This document shows, in pieces, positions 1-10,841 of a stretch of DNA of 19,627 nt. Source of the stretch: Adineta steineri. Lineage: Eukaryota. How positions within the stretch are numbered: position 1 is the first letter of the stretch; each line of letters starts with the position of its first letter. The DNA is taken from positions 125,867 to 145,493 of the forward strand of contig CAJNON010000052.1 of NCBI GenBank assembly GCA_905250065.1, written 5' to 3'. The position numbers were made by a program, and so were the translations under genes. The notes under the pieces are model-generated. The model was given only the letters and a program-made list of their open reading frames with translations, was not told where the DNA came from and did no database searches.

Positions 1-79
1 GACCTAATCCACAAGATGACCTCTTTTTTTTTTTTTTAAACAATTTTTCACATCCGCTTTTTTCAAAAAACAACTGTCC

Positions 80-96
80 CCCCCCCCCCCCCCCCC
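80..96. repeat. Homopolymer C tract, preceded by poly-T/A low-complexity sequence
   Basis: Uninterrupted run of about 17 C at 80-96 after a T-rich stretch at about 25-65. Confidence 0.85.
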
Positions 97-512
97 GAAC
101 ACTACGGTTGCCCCCTCGGAACATAAAACCTAGATAAAACACTGAATATTATAATACTTATGAATCGGATATTCTCATTGTCTTGATGAGTGGATATGAG
201 AGTGATTTAGTATTAACATTCATACTTAATTATACCACTGTTTCTAAGTCAATTAAAGAAGGTTTTATATGTACAATACTATTATATTGTCAAGATTTCA
301 ATTACATGACTTGTTTTTTATTTTAATTCCCAGATTTAAACGGACATATACCATCAAGAACAACATCAACAATTGAAATTTATTGAACTTTTCTACAAAT
401 CATCCTACTCACAACAACACTCTTTAATATATGTCAATTTTTTATATTATTAAACATAAAATGTTCACAACATACAGAAAAATAATGCATACACAGATTT
501 CCCATATCATTC

Positions 513-693
513 AAACCGGTCGAAAACCGCCGGTTAATTTCGGTTATTTTTAAAACCGGTGAGTTAAGAGCAGTTAACCTCGGTTAATCACCAGTTTTTA
601 GCCTGTAAAATACTGACAACAAAGGAAATAATCGCTCTTAACTCACCGACTTTAAAAATAACCGAAATTAACCGGCGGTTTTCGACTGGTTTG
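513..693. mobile_element. MITE-like non-autonomous element with ~60-bp inverted repeats
   Basis: Left arm 513-571 (caaaccggtcgaaaaccgccggttaattcggttatttttaaaaccggtgagttaagagc) is nearly the perfect reverse complement of 634-693 (gctcttaactcaccgactttaaaaataaccgaaattaaccggcggttttcgactggtttg). The spacer is ~62 bp. No clear target-site duplication was seen. Confidence 0.7.
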
Positions 694-761
694 GATAACA
701 TGGATCATTACGTAAAGCACATTTATTTAGCTATGGCTAGAATAATTAATTGAATAAATGA

Positions 762-2313
762 TTATTGAAGAAGAAATCGTTGCACTCTCTTATTGTAATA
801 GTCAGAAACATATAAATATGTTTCAGTAGGATCAAGTGCTACATCACCAGGAAGTGACAGAAGTGTAGTGTTACCACCTGCTACACCACTTACACTGCCA
901 GCTACGACCGATCCTTGTGTATCACCAATATTCCATTTCATTACACGATTATTGTTACTATCAGCAACATAAAGAGTTTGACCATTGCGTGTAACCCAAA
1001 CACCTGAAGGATTATGCAATTGATTAAGATTCGATCCTGCTCCATTTCCGCCTGCGACTGTTATTCCTGTTCCATTACCACCTATTATGAATTTCTGAAC
1101 ACGATTGTTATCTTGCTCAGCGACGTATAAGGCTGATAGATCTTCATCTAAATGTATAAAATGAGGCGACCATAATTGATTACTACCAGTGCCACTATTT
1201 CCTGGATTTCCAGCAACAAGTGTACCAGTCGTACTATTTGGTGCCCATTTTACGATCATATGACAATGAGTTAATGATGCGTAAATATTACCAAATCGAT
1301 CAACAGCTACACCCTCAACTGAACATAATCCTGTAAAAGAACAGGATGAAGGTGAGTAACCTGACGATGGAATGGTAGTGAGATTCATTCCCGGTTGTTG
1401 AACGTATATTATACCTTGATTGAAAGACCAGTCAGTCATATATATGTTATGCGAGCTATCAATAAACACATCTTCAGGTGAGCTGAACCCACTGGCAAGA
1501 ATTGTAGATCCAATACGTGAGAATGGTGAAAATGATTGAAATCTAAGTCCATCGTAATCGCCTACATAGAGAGTTCCGTCGGATGGTGAAACATAAATAC
1601 CCCAAGGGCCTCCTAAACCAAGTGCACCGCCATCTGTACTACCATTGCAAAAGCCAGCAACTGTCTGACCAATACCAACCACTGGCACTACAAGTACAAA
1701 GAAAGAATTAAAATTTTCTGTTCTTATGTGTTAGAAATGACTTACAAGTAGAACATCGATAAGTAAAATCACAACTTGGTTGACATGAAAGATTAAGATC
1801 TGCTCGACAAGCATCTGCATTTGAACACAATTGACCTTGAAATAATTGTGTCATACACATTCCGCTATTCCAATAGGTAAATGGTGGACATTGACAAGTT
1901 GAACTGTTTACATTACATATTTCATAACGACTTTGATCACAATGACTGCATGACTGATTGTGAGAGTTAACATAATTACTAGGAGAGATTTGAACTGAAC
2001 CAACAGATGATCGTGGCTTTGATGGTGCAGTAACAATTGAGCCTGTTGTGTTATCCATTTCCCATAAACGACATTGTAAAGAATCAGCATCAAAATCAAA
2101 TGTTCGACAAGTAGCACGTTTGTTACATTCAGCAGAACAACGTAGCATATTCTTTGTTGTAAATGTAAGTAGAGGAGGTTGAGAAGTATCAATTGGAATA
2201 AATTCATTTCCTAAAGCACTGATTTTTGTTTTCGATTGATCTTGCATACTTAGATGAAAAGATAATAAGAAACCAAAAATAAGAAAGAACTGCATCTGTT
2301 GTAAGAAACTCAT
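762..2313 (-). CDS. Secreted protein with PAN/apple-like and EGF-like Cys-rich region plus C-terminal NHL-repeat propeller; two exons, join(complement(1746..2313), complement(762..1687))
   Basis: Exon 1 ORF begins MSFLQQMQFFLIFGFLLSFHL (signal-peptide-like) and continues with CSAECNKRATCRTFDFDADSLQCRLW (PAN-like) and CQCPPFTYWNSGMC (EGF-like). Exon 2 has repeated GVAVDRFGNIYAS / PSGVWVTRNGQTLYVADSNNNRVMKW / PGDVALDPTETYLYVSDYYNKRVQRF motifs typical of NHL repeats. On the minus strand GTAAGT (1745..1740) and TTGTAG (1693..1688) delimit a 58-bp intron that preserves frame. Confidence 0.85.
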
Positions 2314-2589
2314 AATGATATGAATAAAACTATCTGAAGAAATATTATATAGGTTTGTAGAGGAGCTACTAAAAAAAAGTAAATTATCATGATAGTCAAT
2401 ATTTTATAGTTAAATGAATGTTGTAGAGTATGACATACTATTTTTATTGTTTTATTTGCACAAAACCTCAACGATCCTTAAAAAAGTACACTAGACTTTG
2501 AAGAAAATATAAGTTAAAAAGTATAGTTATTTTTGTTTGTCTGAAAAATAGAAATATCATGATCAAAACTACGCATGTAAAAAAAATAG

Positions 2590-2850
2590 AGAAAAAACTA
2601 GATTATAATCGATTAAATAATGATTAAAAATCCATTTAAATCATACACCTTTAATCAATTTTTTTTTCTAATAAAATATGATTAAAATCATGAAGAATCG
2701 ATTATAAAAAAGAAATTGTGATTATATTTTCTTTTAATCACTCCATAATCGCTTCAAAATCGATTCTTAATCAATTAAAAATCGATTGTTAATCTGTTAT
2801 AAATCGATTAAAATTCGATTTAATCGGTGAAAATCAACCAAATTTTTTCC
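2590..2850. repeat. AT-rich degenerate repeat dense in AATCGATT / GATTAAA / TTTAATC motifs
   Basis: Repeated short self-complementary words such as aatcgattaaa, gattaaaaatc, aatcgattcttaatcaattaaaaatcgatt and aatcgattaaaattcgatttaatcgg over ~260 bp. Confidence 0.5.
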
Positions 2851-3052
2851 TTCAAGTTTATCTTCTATAACACATCAGAACTTCATTATTTTTATGATGT
2901 ATCATAGAAACATAACTATCTGGGACGAAAATTAGGTGGAATCTCCAGCCACACTTCACATTCCATACATTTGTGAACGATACTGACTGTTTGACTTGTG
3001 GATAATAATAACCTAATAATAAAAAATAAAACAGAAGTTTTTCAAACAAATA

Positions 3053-3365
3053 AATTCTTACCGTTTTATTTAAACATTGCTATTGTCCTGAAATTAAAAC
3101 TAAAAAAAAAGTATTGCAAATAAATAACTTATTACCGTTTCATTCAAACATTGATATTGTCCTAATATTAAAGCTAAAAAAAATATGTCAAATAAATAAA
3201 TTCTTACCGTTCCATTCAAAATTTGATATTGATCTAATGTTAAAAGATAGAATAAAAGTATTTCAGATAAAGAAATTCTTACCGTTTTATTTAAACTTTG
3301 CTAGTATTCTAAAATTTAAAAAAGATATTTATTTCATTGAACAAATTCTTGCTATTTGTTTGGAT
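3053..3365. repeat. Diverged tandem array, period ~72-75 bp, about 4-5 copies
   Basis: The motif attcttACCGTTYYATTYAAAc...ttgatattgtcct recurs with ACCG near 3060, 3134, 3206 and 3281, with a degenerate copy near 3351. The ORF at 3114..3386 shows the matching protein periodicity (INNLLPFHSNIDIVL / INKFLPFHSKFDIDL / IKKFLPFYLNFASIL). Confidence 0.8.
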
Positions 3366-3438
3366 GTTAATATTATTTTAAAATAAAGGAACATAAGTTA
3401 TCTATAAGCAAATATTACTCGCAGTTCATTTTAAACAA

Positions 3439-4084
3439 ATGAATTATTACGATGCATCAAATATCTCATCCATTCTTCCTCTACCACTATATGTTTTACC
3501 AATTAATATAGCTGGACATTTTTCACAAGACCAACTTCAACACAATTTATTTTTAGCACCATGTACATTCAAAGATCTTATAGAATTTTATTTATATGAA
3601 AATCGACATTATTTGTATCATAATATTACAGCATCAACATGTCTTTTAAGTAATTTATCAAAATATTCAAGTCATTTTTCTGAATCAAAATGGTTAGAAA
3701 TTAAAAATATTCTTTCTAATATTAAATGTATACCAACAATACAAGGTATGAAATTACCAAATGAATCATATATTCCATCTCATATGTTAACATCTGATTC
3801 ACCTGCTATTACGCTTAATATTCTACCAGATAAGACAACAACAGAAAATCAAAGAAATATTAATAATCCCGATGAAAATCTTGTTTCAACATATTTTCTT
3901 AAACAAATTGGATGTCGAATGTTAAATATTCAATCGATTATTAAATATTGGCAAATGAATTCTAATAATAGAACAGAATTAAATCAAGTAAATATTCAAA
4001 CATTAATCAAAAGTTTAATGAAAGAACGAAAATATATGACTGATGAAGATTTTAAAGCTTTAAAACAAAGTCGATTTTTACAAG
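3439..4084 (+). pseudogene. C-terminal fragment of a large DUF3684-like protein (tentative family)
   Basis: Continuous 216-aa ORF with ILPLPLYVLPINIAGHFSQDQLQHNLFLAPCTFKDLIEFYL and LKQIGCRMLNIQSIIKYW...IKSLMKERKYMTDEDFKALKQSRFL. It reads out at caag|gttagt, a possible splice donor. A telomere-like hairpin lies 50 bp downstream and no continuation of the protein was recognised. Confidence 0.4.
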
Positions 4085-4135
4085 GTTAGTTTAATTAATT
4101 TTTTTCAAACAAACTATTTTCTCTCTTTATAAGAA

Positions 4136-4219
4136 GGGTGTGGGTGTGGGTTTGGGTTTGGGTTTGGGTTTTGATGTGAGAGTAGTTGCGAATATGATAT
4201 AAATATTACACCCACACCC
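4136..4219. repeat. Telomere-like inverted repeat 1: G-arm (GGGTGT)2(GGGTTT)4 / ~39-bp loop / C-arm (ACACCC)2
   Basis: gggtgtgggtgtgggtttgggtttgggtttgggttttgatgtgagagtagttgcgaatatgatataaatattacacccacaccc read directly. Confidence 0.9.
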
Positions 4220-5134
4220 GCTTTTTCAGGCACAGAATTAGTCGGATTGTCAGCTGCAGAAACAGAGAATCCACGAAAGGCGATTCCTCGAGCAACGAAA
4301 CAAGTCTTTTGGAGAATTACAATTATCTATGTTGTCTCATTGATATTGATTGGCTGTTTGGTGCCTTATACATCGTCACACCTTCTGTCTGGATCATCGA
4401 GCTATGATGCGTCCGCATCTCCTTTTGTAATTGCCATTAAAGATGCAGGTATCAAAGTGTTACCTTCGATATTCAATGCTGTGATTCTTTGTGCTGTTCT
4501 ATCAGTTGGCAATTCTTGTGTTTATGGAGCGTCTCGTACACTTTGTGCACTTGCTGAAAACAATCAAGCACCGAAGCTATTTACTTATATCGATCGTAAA
4601 GGACGTTCACTTTCCGCTCTTGCTCTGTAGATAATTATTGGATTTATTGCGTATGTCAACTGTGCAAAAGTTGGCACTAAAGTATTTGATTGGTTACTAG
4701 CTCCCTCTGGTTTATCGGCCTTTTTCACTTGGGGTTCTATATGCGCTTGTCACATTATGTTTCGATTAGCATGGAAATCACAAGGCCACACTTTGGATGA
4801 ACTTGCTTTTGTATCACCTTTTCGTATAGTGGGAAGCTGTTTTGGTCTTTTACTCAACATTTTATGTCTTATTGCTCAATTCTGTATAGCTGTGTCTCCT
4901 ATTCGTGGTTCTGCAAGTGCGAAATCATTCTTCGAAGCTTATCTTGCTGCTCTACTTGTAATTGTTTCCTATATCGTATGGAAAATATGGAAGAGAACAT
5001 CAATTGTACGACCTAGTACAATCGATCTCGAAACTGAAAGACGTATACTCAATGTACAACAGTTGATCGATGAAGAAAGAGCAGAACGTAGAGCCTGGTC
5101 AATATGGAAAAAAGTGTTTTATGAATGTTGTTGA
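4220..5134 (+). pseudogene. 5'-truncated fungal-type (YAT/GAP1-like) amino-acid permease with in-frame TAG
   Basis: One frame reads AFSGTELVGLSAAETENPRKAIPRATKQVFWRITIIYVVSLILIGCLVPYTSS...NSCVYGASRTLCALAENNQAPKLFTYIDRKGRSLSALAL*IIIGFIAYVNCAKVGTKVFDWLLAPSGLSAFFTWGSICACHIMFRLAWKSQGH...FYECC*. The stop is TAG at 4628-4630. Homology begins exactly at 4220 and the N-terminal half of the family is absent. Confidence 0.85.
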
Positions 5135-6189
5135 GTTGTTCTTTTATTATATAAGATGATGTGTGTTTGTAGTTAGTATATTGTAGATAGAAACAATAGC
5201 CTTTGTAATACAGTGACAATTTATATATTCTTGAAAAAATAAAAGCACTAACAACTGATATATAGCACGTCAGCCTAAATGAAGAAAAAAGTATGCAAAA
5301 CTAAATAACACCTATGTAACATAAATATGAAAAAAACTCTGAGAGAATACATGTAGAACATAACAAATCTGAAATAACAAAATCAAAAAAAGCAACAGAC
5401 CATCTTCAAGTTTTGCTGTATTTTATACTATCCACTAACAGAGTGGCTGCTGATATTTAGCTGAAAAACTATGTTGGTTGATCTGTAATGAAGTTTCTAG
5501 GCATACTTAAATCTTTGCATCAAAAGAATGTTGGTACTCCTCATGTTTCATCTTGTACTATGAAAACGAGAGAGTAGATTGCTGACAACTAAGCAATCTT
5601 GCTAAAAGTTGCGAAAGAATTTGAAATTACAATGTTTTTGTAAGAAGAGAAGAAAAATAGAGACGCCTACATATTTTCGGACCATTAGCAGGTTGTTGGA
5701 TGAATGTAAAGTGCAGAATAACGAGAAAATAACGTAAATTCACTGTTTTTCTTTTTTGATTAATGTACAATTCTTCCAGTAGACCAGTGTCGATATAAAT
5801 ATAATCACACTATAAAATTTACATATTCGTTGCTTTCAGAATCATATGAAAAAATTGTGATACTATCGAACGAACAATTTTTTTGTTCTACACATACTCA
5901 TAATATAAGTTGTCGACAGTCACCTTTATTCTTTTGCGAATATTATGAGAGGAAAAAGAAAAATAACATGTGACTATTTTTGTTTTGCTCGATTGATAAA
6001 GAGAACGTAAATATACATATTCATTTCAGTATTTTTTATTGTAAGTAAGTATTAAAAATCTACTTCTCTGTTAATAATATACCTCAGAACTCAGATTCGA
6101 TTCTATAATTATATCTATTCCTACTTATTAAAGATTACAGAAATATATTATCTATTAAGGTCTTATTTTATATACTATTGTTTGTGGAA

Positions 6190-6665
6190 ATGGCCACACC
6201 AAAGAACTGTTCAAAATGTACGAAAGGAAAAGGATCTTTCTTTTGTATTGGATGTGAGGAATATTTTTGTAAAAAAGATTATGGTGATCATCGAGCAATG
6301 ATGGATAATGAATTAGATCGATTTATTGAAGATTGCAATACACTTCAAGAGAAAATTAACACAATGACTCAGAATAAAAACTTTGATAGTCTACTACTTA
6401 CAGAAATTGATAATTGGGAGGAGACAATTATTGATAAAGTTAAAAAAGTCGCTGAACAAGTTCGAGAGCAATTTATCAAACTAGCGAGCGCAAAAGAAAT
6501 GGAAACAAAATCAAAATTTGAGAAATATCGTCAAAATCTCAATCAACTTAAAGAAACCGGTGATTTTGTCGAGCATGATTTGAAATATCTCGAACTGACA
6601 GTTTATCAACTTAATCAAGATCTAAAACGATTAAATCAACCACTTGAATTCGAGTTATGTAAAGA
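6190..6665 (+). CDS. B-box-like zinc-finger / coiled-coil protein, ORF running into telomere-like repeat
   Basis: MATPKNCSKCTKGKGSFFCIGCEEYFCKKDYGDHRAMMDNELDRF has Cys/His spacing of B-box type, followed by a coiled coil. The first ATG is at 6190; the upstream TTG in the ORF track is unlikely to be the start. The sequence beyond 6665 is translated telomere-like repeat. Confidence 0.65.
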
Positions 6666-6745
6666 GGGTGTGGGTGGGTGTGGGTGTTGGAAAGAAGAGA
6701 CACCCAAACCCACACCCAGCCACATCCACACCCACACCCACACCC
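6666..6745. repeat. Telomere-like inverted repeat 2: G-arm 6666-6690, C-arm 6699-6745
   Basis: gggtgtgggtgggtgtgggtgttgg ... cacccaaacccacacccagccacatccacacccacacccacaccc. A 4-bp aaga occurs immediately on both sides. Confidence 0.9.
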
Positions 6746-8067
6746 AAGATGGTTTTTTATAAGTGCATCTCTTGATCTACAAATACATTGTTTTCGGTCA
6801 AAGGAAAGTATGTGATAAACCTGATGAATAAAGATATTCATGAGTCTGTTAACGGATTAAACAATATGCAAACATGATTATATAAACAAGCAGAAGACAA
6901 CTGGAAGAAAAAAATCTTTACAAAAAAAATCGTCAACGACAACGGCATATAGAAATGCATATATTAAACAAGATTCAACTTACGAAATATTCAATTCGAG
7001 CAGAAGACTTGTAGAATTCTTCTGTAAACAATACAACTGCTCGTAAAATATTTTTCAACTGTACATGATGGTATAGAATTTCTGCTAAAAGGTTGAATTG
7101 TGATCAGAAGTTTGATAAAAAAGAAGTATTACATGTATATACTAATACAATTATGATACACAAAATTAAAATTATGAATCATTGTTGGTTTAGTTGTGCT
7201 TATGAAACAAAATTTCTCACCAAAATTTTATTTCGATTTTAATTATATTCTTAATTTCTGTTTGCTTTCATATTGAAGAAAAAGATATTTTCATATCACC
7301 TCGTTCTATTGGTGAAAATCGAAAATCTCCCGTCATTTACGCTTTTAATTTATTTAAAAAATTGTTATACACACAAACTTTTTAGTCGTAGTATAATAAA
7401 TTAATATATTTTTTTTTATTATATGTAATTTTTTTTTTCGTATTTATCATTACTGTATTTTTTCTTTTACTCTAAAACATTTTTTACCTCTCATTTCTAC
7501 ACTTATTATCAATCAAATACGTATTATTTTTAAAAAAAAAGATAGAAAAGCAACGAAAGGTAATATTTTGTCGCATTATAAAATTACGAAGCAAATCATT
7601 TGATAAAACAAGCAAATAGAACCAACATATACACGTTTAGAAGTAAATGCGTATCATTAAAATATTATTTATCTGTTTTCAAACACACATATTTTTTTTA
7701 CTGTAATTTAAAAAATAAAATTATTAAAACCATGATTTATATTAATATTCTTATTCTTAATTATATTTTATTTGATTGTCCATTTGAAAAATTGTATAAA
7801 ATATTTATATTACACCGTGCATAACGTTATAGGTAAAATGTTTTACTGGATTCTTAAGAAACAGTTGAATATAATCAAACTATTATTTTAGATTTTATAA
7901 GCATCTTTAGTATTTTATACTGACAATATCTGGTATTATGGGTATATATGAACTATATTCTTACATTAGTTTTCCTTAGATATAAATATAATCATTTAAT
8001 TTCAGTCGATAAATTATTTCATTTATATTTAAAATAAATTGAATTGATTTTTTACATATCATTTTAG

Positions 8068-9037
8068 CTCAACATCCTCAAACTTTACCTATCTGGCATT
8101 ATGATGCAGGCAAACATCAATGGAGAGCTGATGATCCAGCAACAACACATCATCACATAAAACCAAAAGTACAACGATTTCTTCGAGCTATTACATATAA
8201 TATTTCGTTCAGTAAAGAACATAAACAATTACGTTTTCAAGGTCTTTCTTCAATTCTACAACATTCCAAAGCAGATATTATATGTTTACAAGAAAGTAAA
8301 TAAAACATTTAGATTTCTAATAAAAATATTATATTTCAGTGACAAAATCAATATTGGAACAATTAATTTCTGAACCATGGGTACAACAACACTATTTCGT
8401 TAGTGATATTGATGGAAGTACATTTTTAAATGGACAAGAAAGTTATGGTGTAGTCATGTTAATTGGTAAATCATTATATTTACGACGACTTCTAGCATTT
8501 CCATTTCATACAGAACAAGGAAGACAATTATTACTTGCGGAAATTCAATTGAAAACAGAAAAATTATTAGTAGGTACTGTTCATTTAGAATCAAAACAAG
8601 ATAAAGAAACTATTCGATCACATCAAATACAAACTTGTCAATCTGTATTCAATAAATATGCAATGAATCAACCAAATGTAACAAGATTATTAATGGGAGA
8701 TTTTAGTATGGATGCCGTTGGACCTGAAAATCTTAAACAAATGAATATTCTTAAAAATTGGACAGATTTATGGGAAAAATTAAATGGAGCAAACAATCGT
8801 GGATGGACTTATATCAATGCAAGAGTAGATCGAATTATGTTTCAAAGTTTACGTACAATTCCAATTAAAATACGAATGATTGGTATGACACCTATTGGAC
8901 AAGCTCCAAAACGAAAAAGTTTCGCGCAAACTATATCAAGTATTTTTTCACTCGATAAAAAAAATCAAGATATGACACAGATATTTCCATCTGATCATTT
9001 TGGTTTAATGGCTGATTTTGATCTTAGCCGTATTTAA
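8068..9037 (+). CDS. Endonuclease/exonuclease/phosphatase-family protein, TDP2-like; join(8068..8295, 8340..9037), upstream exon(s) not resolved
   Basis: Exon 8068-8295: QHPQTLPIWHYDAGKHQWRADDPATTHHHIKPKVQRFLRAITYNISFSKEHKQLRFQGLSSILQHSKADIICLQE. A 44-bp intron (gtaaat...atttcag) is followed by TKSILEQLISEPWVQQHYFVSD...LLVGTVHLES...RLLMGDFSMD...WTYINARVDRIMF...IFPSDHFGLMADFDL. EEP motifs ITYNI, ICLQE, GTVHLES, MGDF and SDHFGL are present and the frame is preserved. Confidence 0.8.
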
Positions 9038-9486
9038 AAAAAATCGATTTAATAGACATTTATTAATTCATATTATTAACCAAATAGTGTTTAGTTTAGA
9101 TATTAAATTTAATATTTTATTTTTATAATATTACATTTTTATTAAAATAACTAGTATTATGAAATATACTACTAGAAATAATTGTTCGAAATAAAAATAA
9201 ATAAATATTTAAAAAAAAAAGAAAATAATGTGACGTTATGGTATGAATGTCGATAAATAAAAGATCAGGATTTTTCAATATGTTGAGCAAATAACAATAT
9301 TGGATATCTCAATTGATTAATTTATAATAATGTTTCTTTCTTTGAAAATGGTACAGCAAGAAATATGAGTAAAGAATAAGTTAGTTTTTTCCTTTTTCAT
9401 ACATAAAAGTAGGTAAACATTATGGAAAATGTATCGGCAATTCATTTTTACGATTGTCGATAAGTAATCTATACGACAAAAAAAGA

Positions 9487-9868
9487 ATGAGACGACAACA
9501 GCAGCAACGAATTGAAAAATTTCTATTATGGCTTGACACTGTTGATAAGATCATACAACCATTTTGTAATATAATAAGTGTATTAATATCTTCATGGTTA
9601 TGTTGGATTATATTCACTAGATGTAAATCAATTATTTTCGACATTGATCTTTTACGCACATCCTTAGATGAAACCGGAAAATGTTCACTTGATGGTTTAC
9701 TCGTCTATATAACAGTGATTTATGCGATAATTGATATTCTGTATCATCTCTACAAAGTATCAACTATACGTTTTAAAGGTTTGCAGTTTATTCGAGATCT
9801 ATTGAAAAAGCAAAAAAGAATTTCTAAGACTAATGATGGTATTAATTTTACATTGGGTGTTCTTGAGA
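9487..9868 (+). CDS. Unknown small protein with about two predicted TM helices, ORF interrupted by telomere-like repeat
   Basis: MRRQQQQRIEKFLLWLDTVDKIIQPFCNIISVLISSWLCWIIFTRCKSIIF...SLDGLLVYITVIYAIIDILYHLY...GINFTLGVLES, then GCGCG encoded by the hairpin arm. Confidence 0.4.
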
Positions 9869-9914
9869 GTGGGTGTGGGTGTGGGCCAAAGAAACAATAG
9901 CCACACCCACACCC
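9869..9914. repeat. Telomere-like inverted repeat 3: perfect 14-bp stem, 16-bp loop
   Basis: gggtgtgggtgtgg (9871-9884) is the exact reverse complement of ccacacccacaccc (9901-9914). Confidence 0.92.
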
Positions 9915-10841
9915 TATTTTTCTAAAATATTTGCAAAGAAAAGTATCTAACATTCAACGTCTTCATCTGGATATTAAGTGTGGAGCTTTCGATGAATATT
10001 TTTTTTTGGAAAATTAATCTACGATTGGTATTCAATTTGGATTAAAATTCAAAAAGTTTATTTTCGTATTGAATGAAATGTCTTTAGTAACGATTCAAAC
10101 GAAATAAATCAATGTCAAGAAATCTTAACTACAAAATATAATAATTTAAATAATTGTATCAAAATTCAATGGATAGCAGCCAAATATGGAATTAGAACAC
10201 ATACTATATTAATTATTTCAAAATAATTAACTACATTTAATATATTTTCAATTAATAAATAATTCATGTGTTAATATATGAAAATTTTGTTGTAAATTTT
10301 CTTTATTCATTAATAAAACAAATTCACAGAACAAGATTCGATTTCTAGCCTGATTTTTTCCCCTATTTATTTGATCTTTTCCTAATAGTATACACAGTAT
10401 GAAGAGCTAGCACTATTACGATGTATTGACACAAAAAGATATTATAATTGATATTAAATGATTTAAATGTATGAATATAGTTCTTTTGAAATAGTAGTAA
10501 TACACTGTACATAAATTTCGAGCATTATCTAGCCGCTTTTGAAAAGCTACCGGTAGATATTAACGAAAAAAAAGAAATGATAAGATATTAATAAACTAAA
10601 TTCAATGTTTGCTTATTTCTTTCATATGTATGGGACTTTGCATAGTCGAGGTGTTATATCTCACAGCAGTTATATATATGACTAGAGAAGGTACTCGCTG
10701 CACTACCTGGGTGAAATTTCACTCAAACCCCCATTCTCACCCCCTGATGATCATGCCAACCACTCACCGACGTTCCTTGGGCCCTAAGAAAGCATCGTAG
10801 AAAGTTTGATGATCGTAGCTATTACAGAAGTTGAATGCATA

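Noticed and set aside
1908-2207. Minus-strand 99-aa ORF inside NHL gene exon 1
   Set aside because: An alternative frame of the well supported PAN/EGF-like exon on the same strand.
4226-4229. tttttcag as a splice acceptor closing an intron that starts at 4085
   Set aside because: gctttttcaggc encodes AFSG, contiguous with the permease motif GTELVG, so the bases are better explained as coding. The upstream exon is from an unrelated family. A chimeric splice cannot be excluded without RNA data.
6611-6841. Minus-strand ORF MNIFIHQVYHILSFDRKQCICRSRDALIKNHLGCGCGCGCGWVWVWV...
   Set aside because: Its central and C-terminal composition is a translation of the telomere-like repeat. It overlaps the better B-box ORF and its flanks.
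9420-9659. Minus-strand ORF opposite the 9454-9900 ORF, and the 9750..9953 minus ORF
   Set aside because: Antisense of a more plausible ORF, low-information composition, and the second contains translated repeat.
10700-10790. C-rich stretch actcaaacccccattctcacccctgatgatcatgccaacccactcacc as another degenerate telomeric arm
   Set aside because: No regular 6-bp period and no pairing G-arm nearby. Listing it would inflate the hairpin count.
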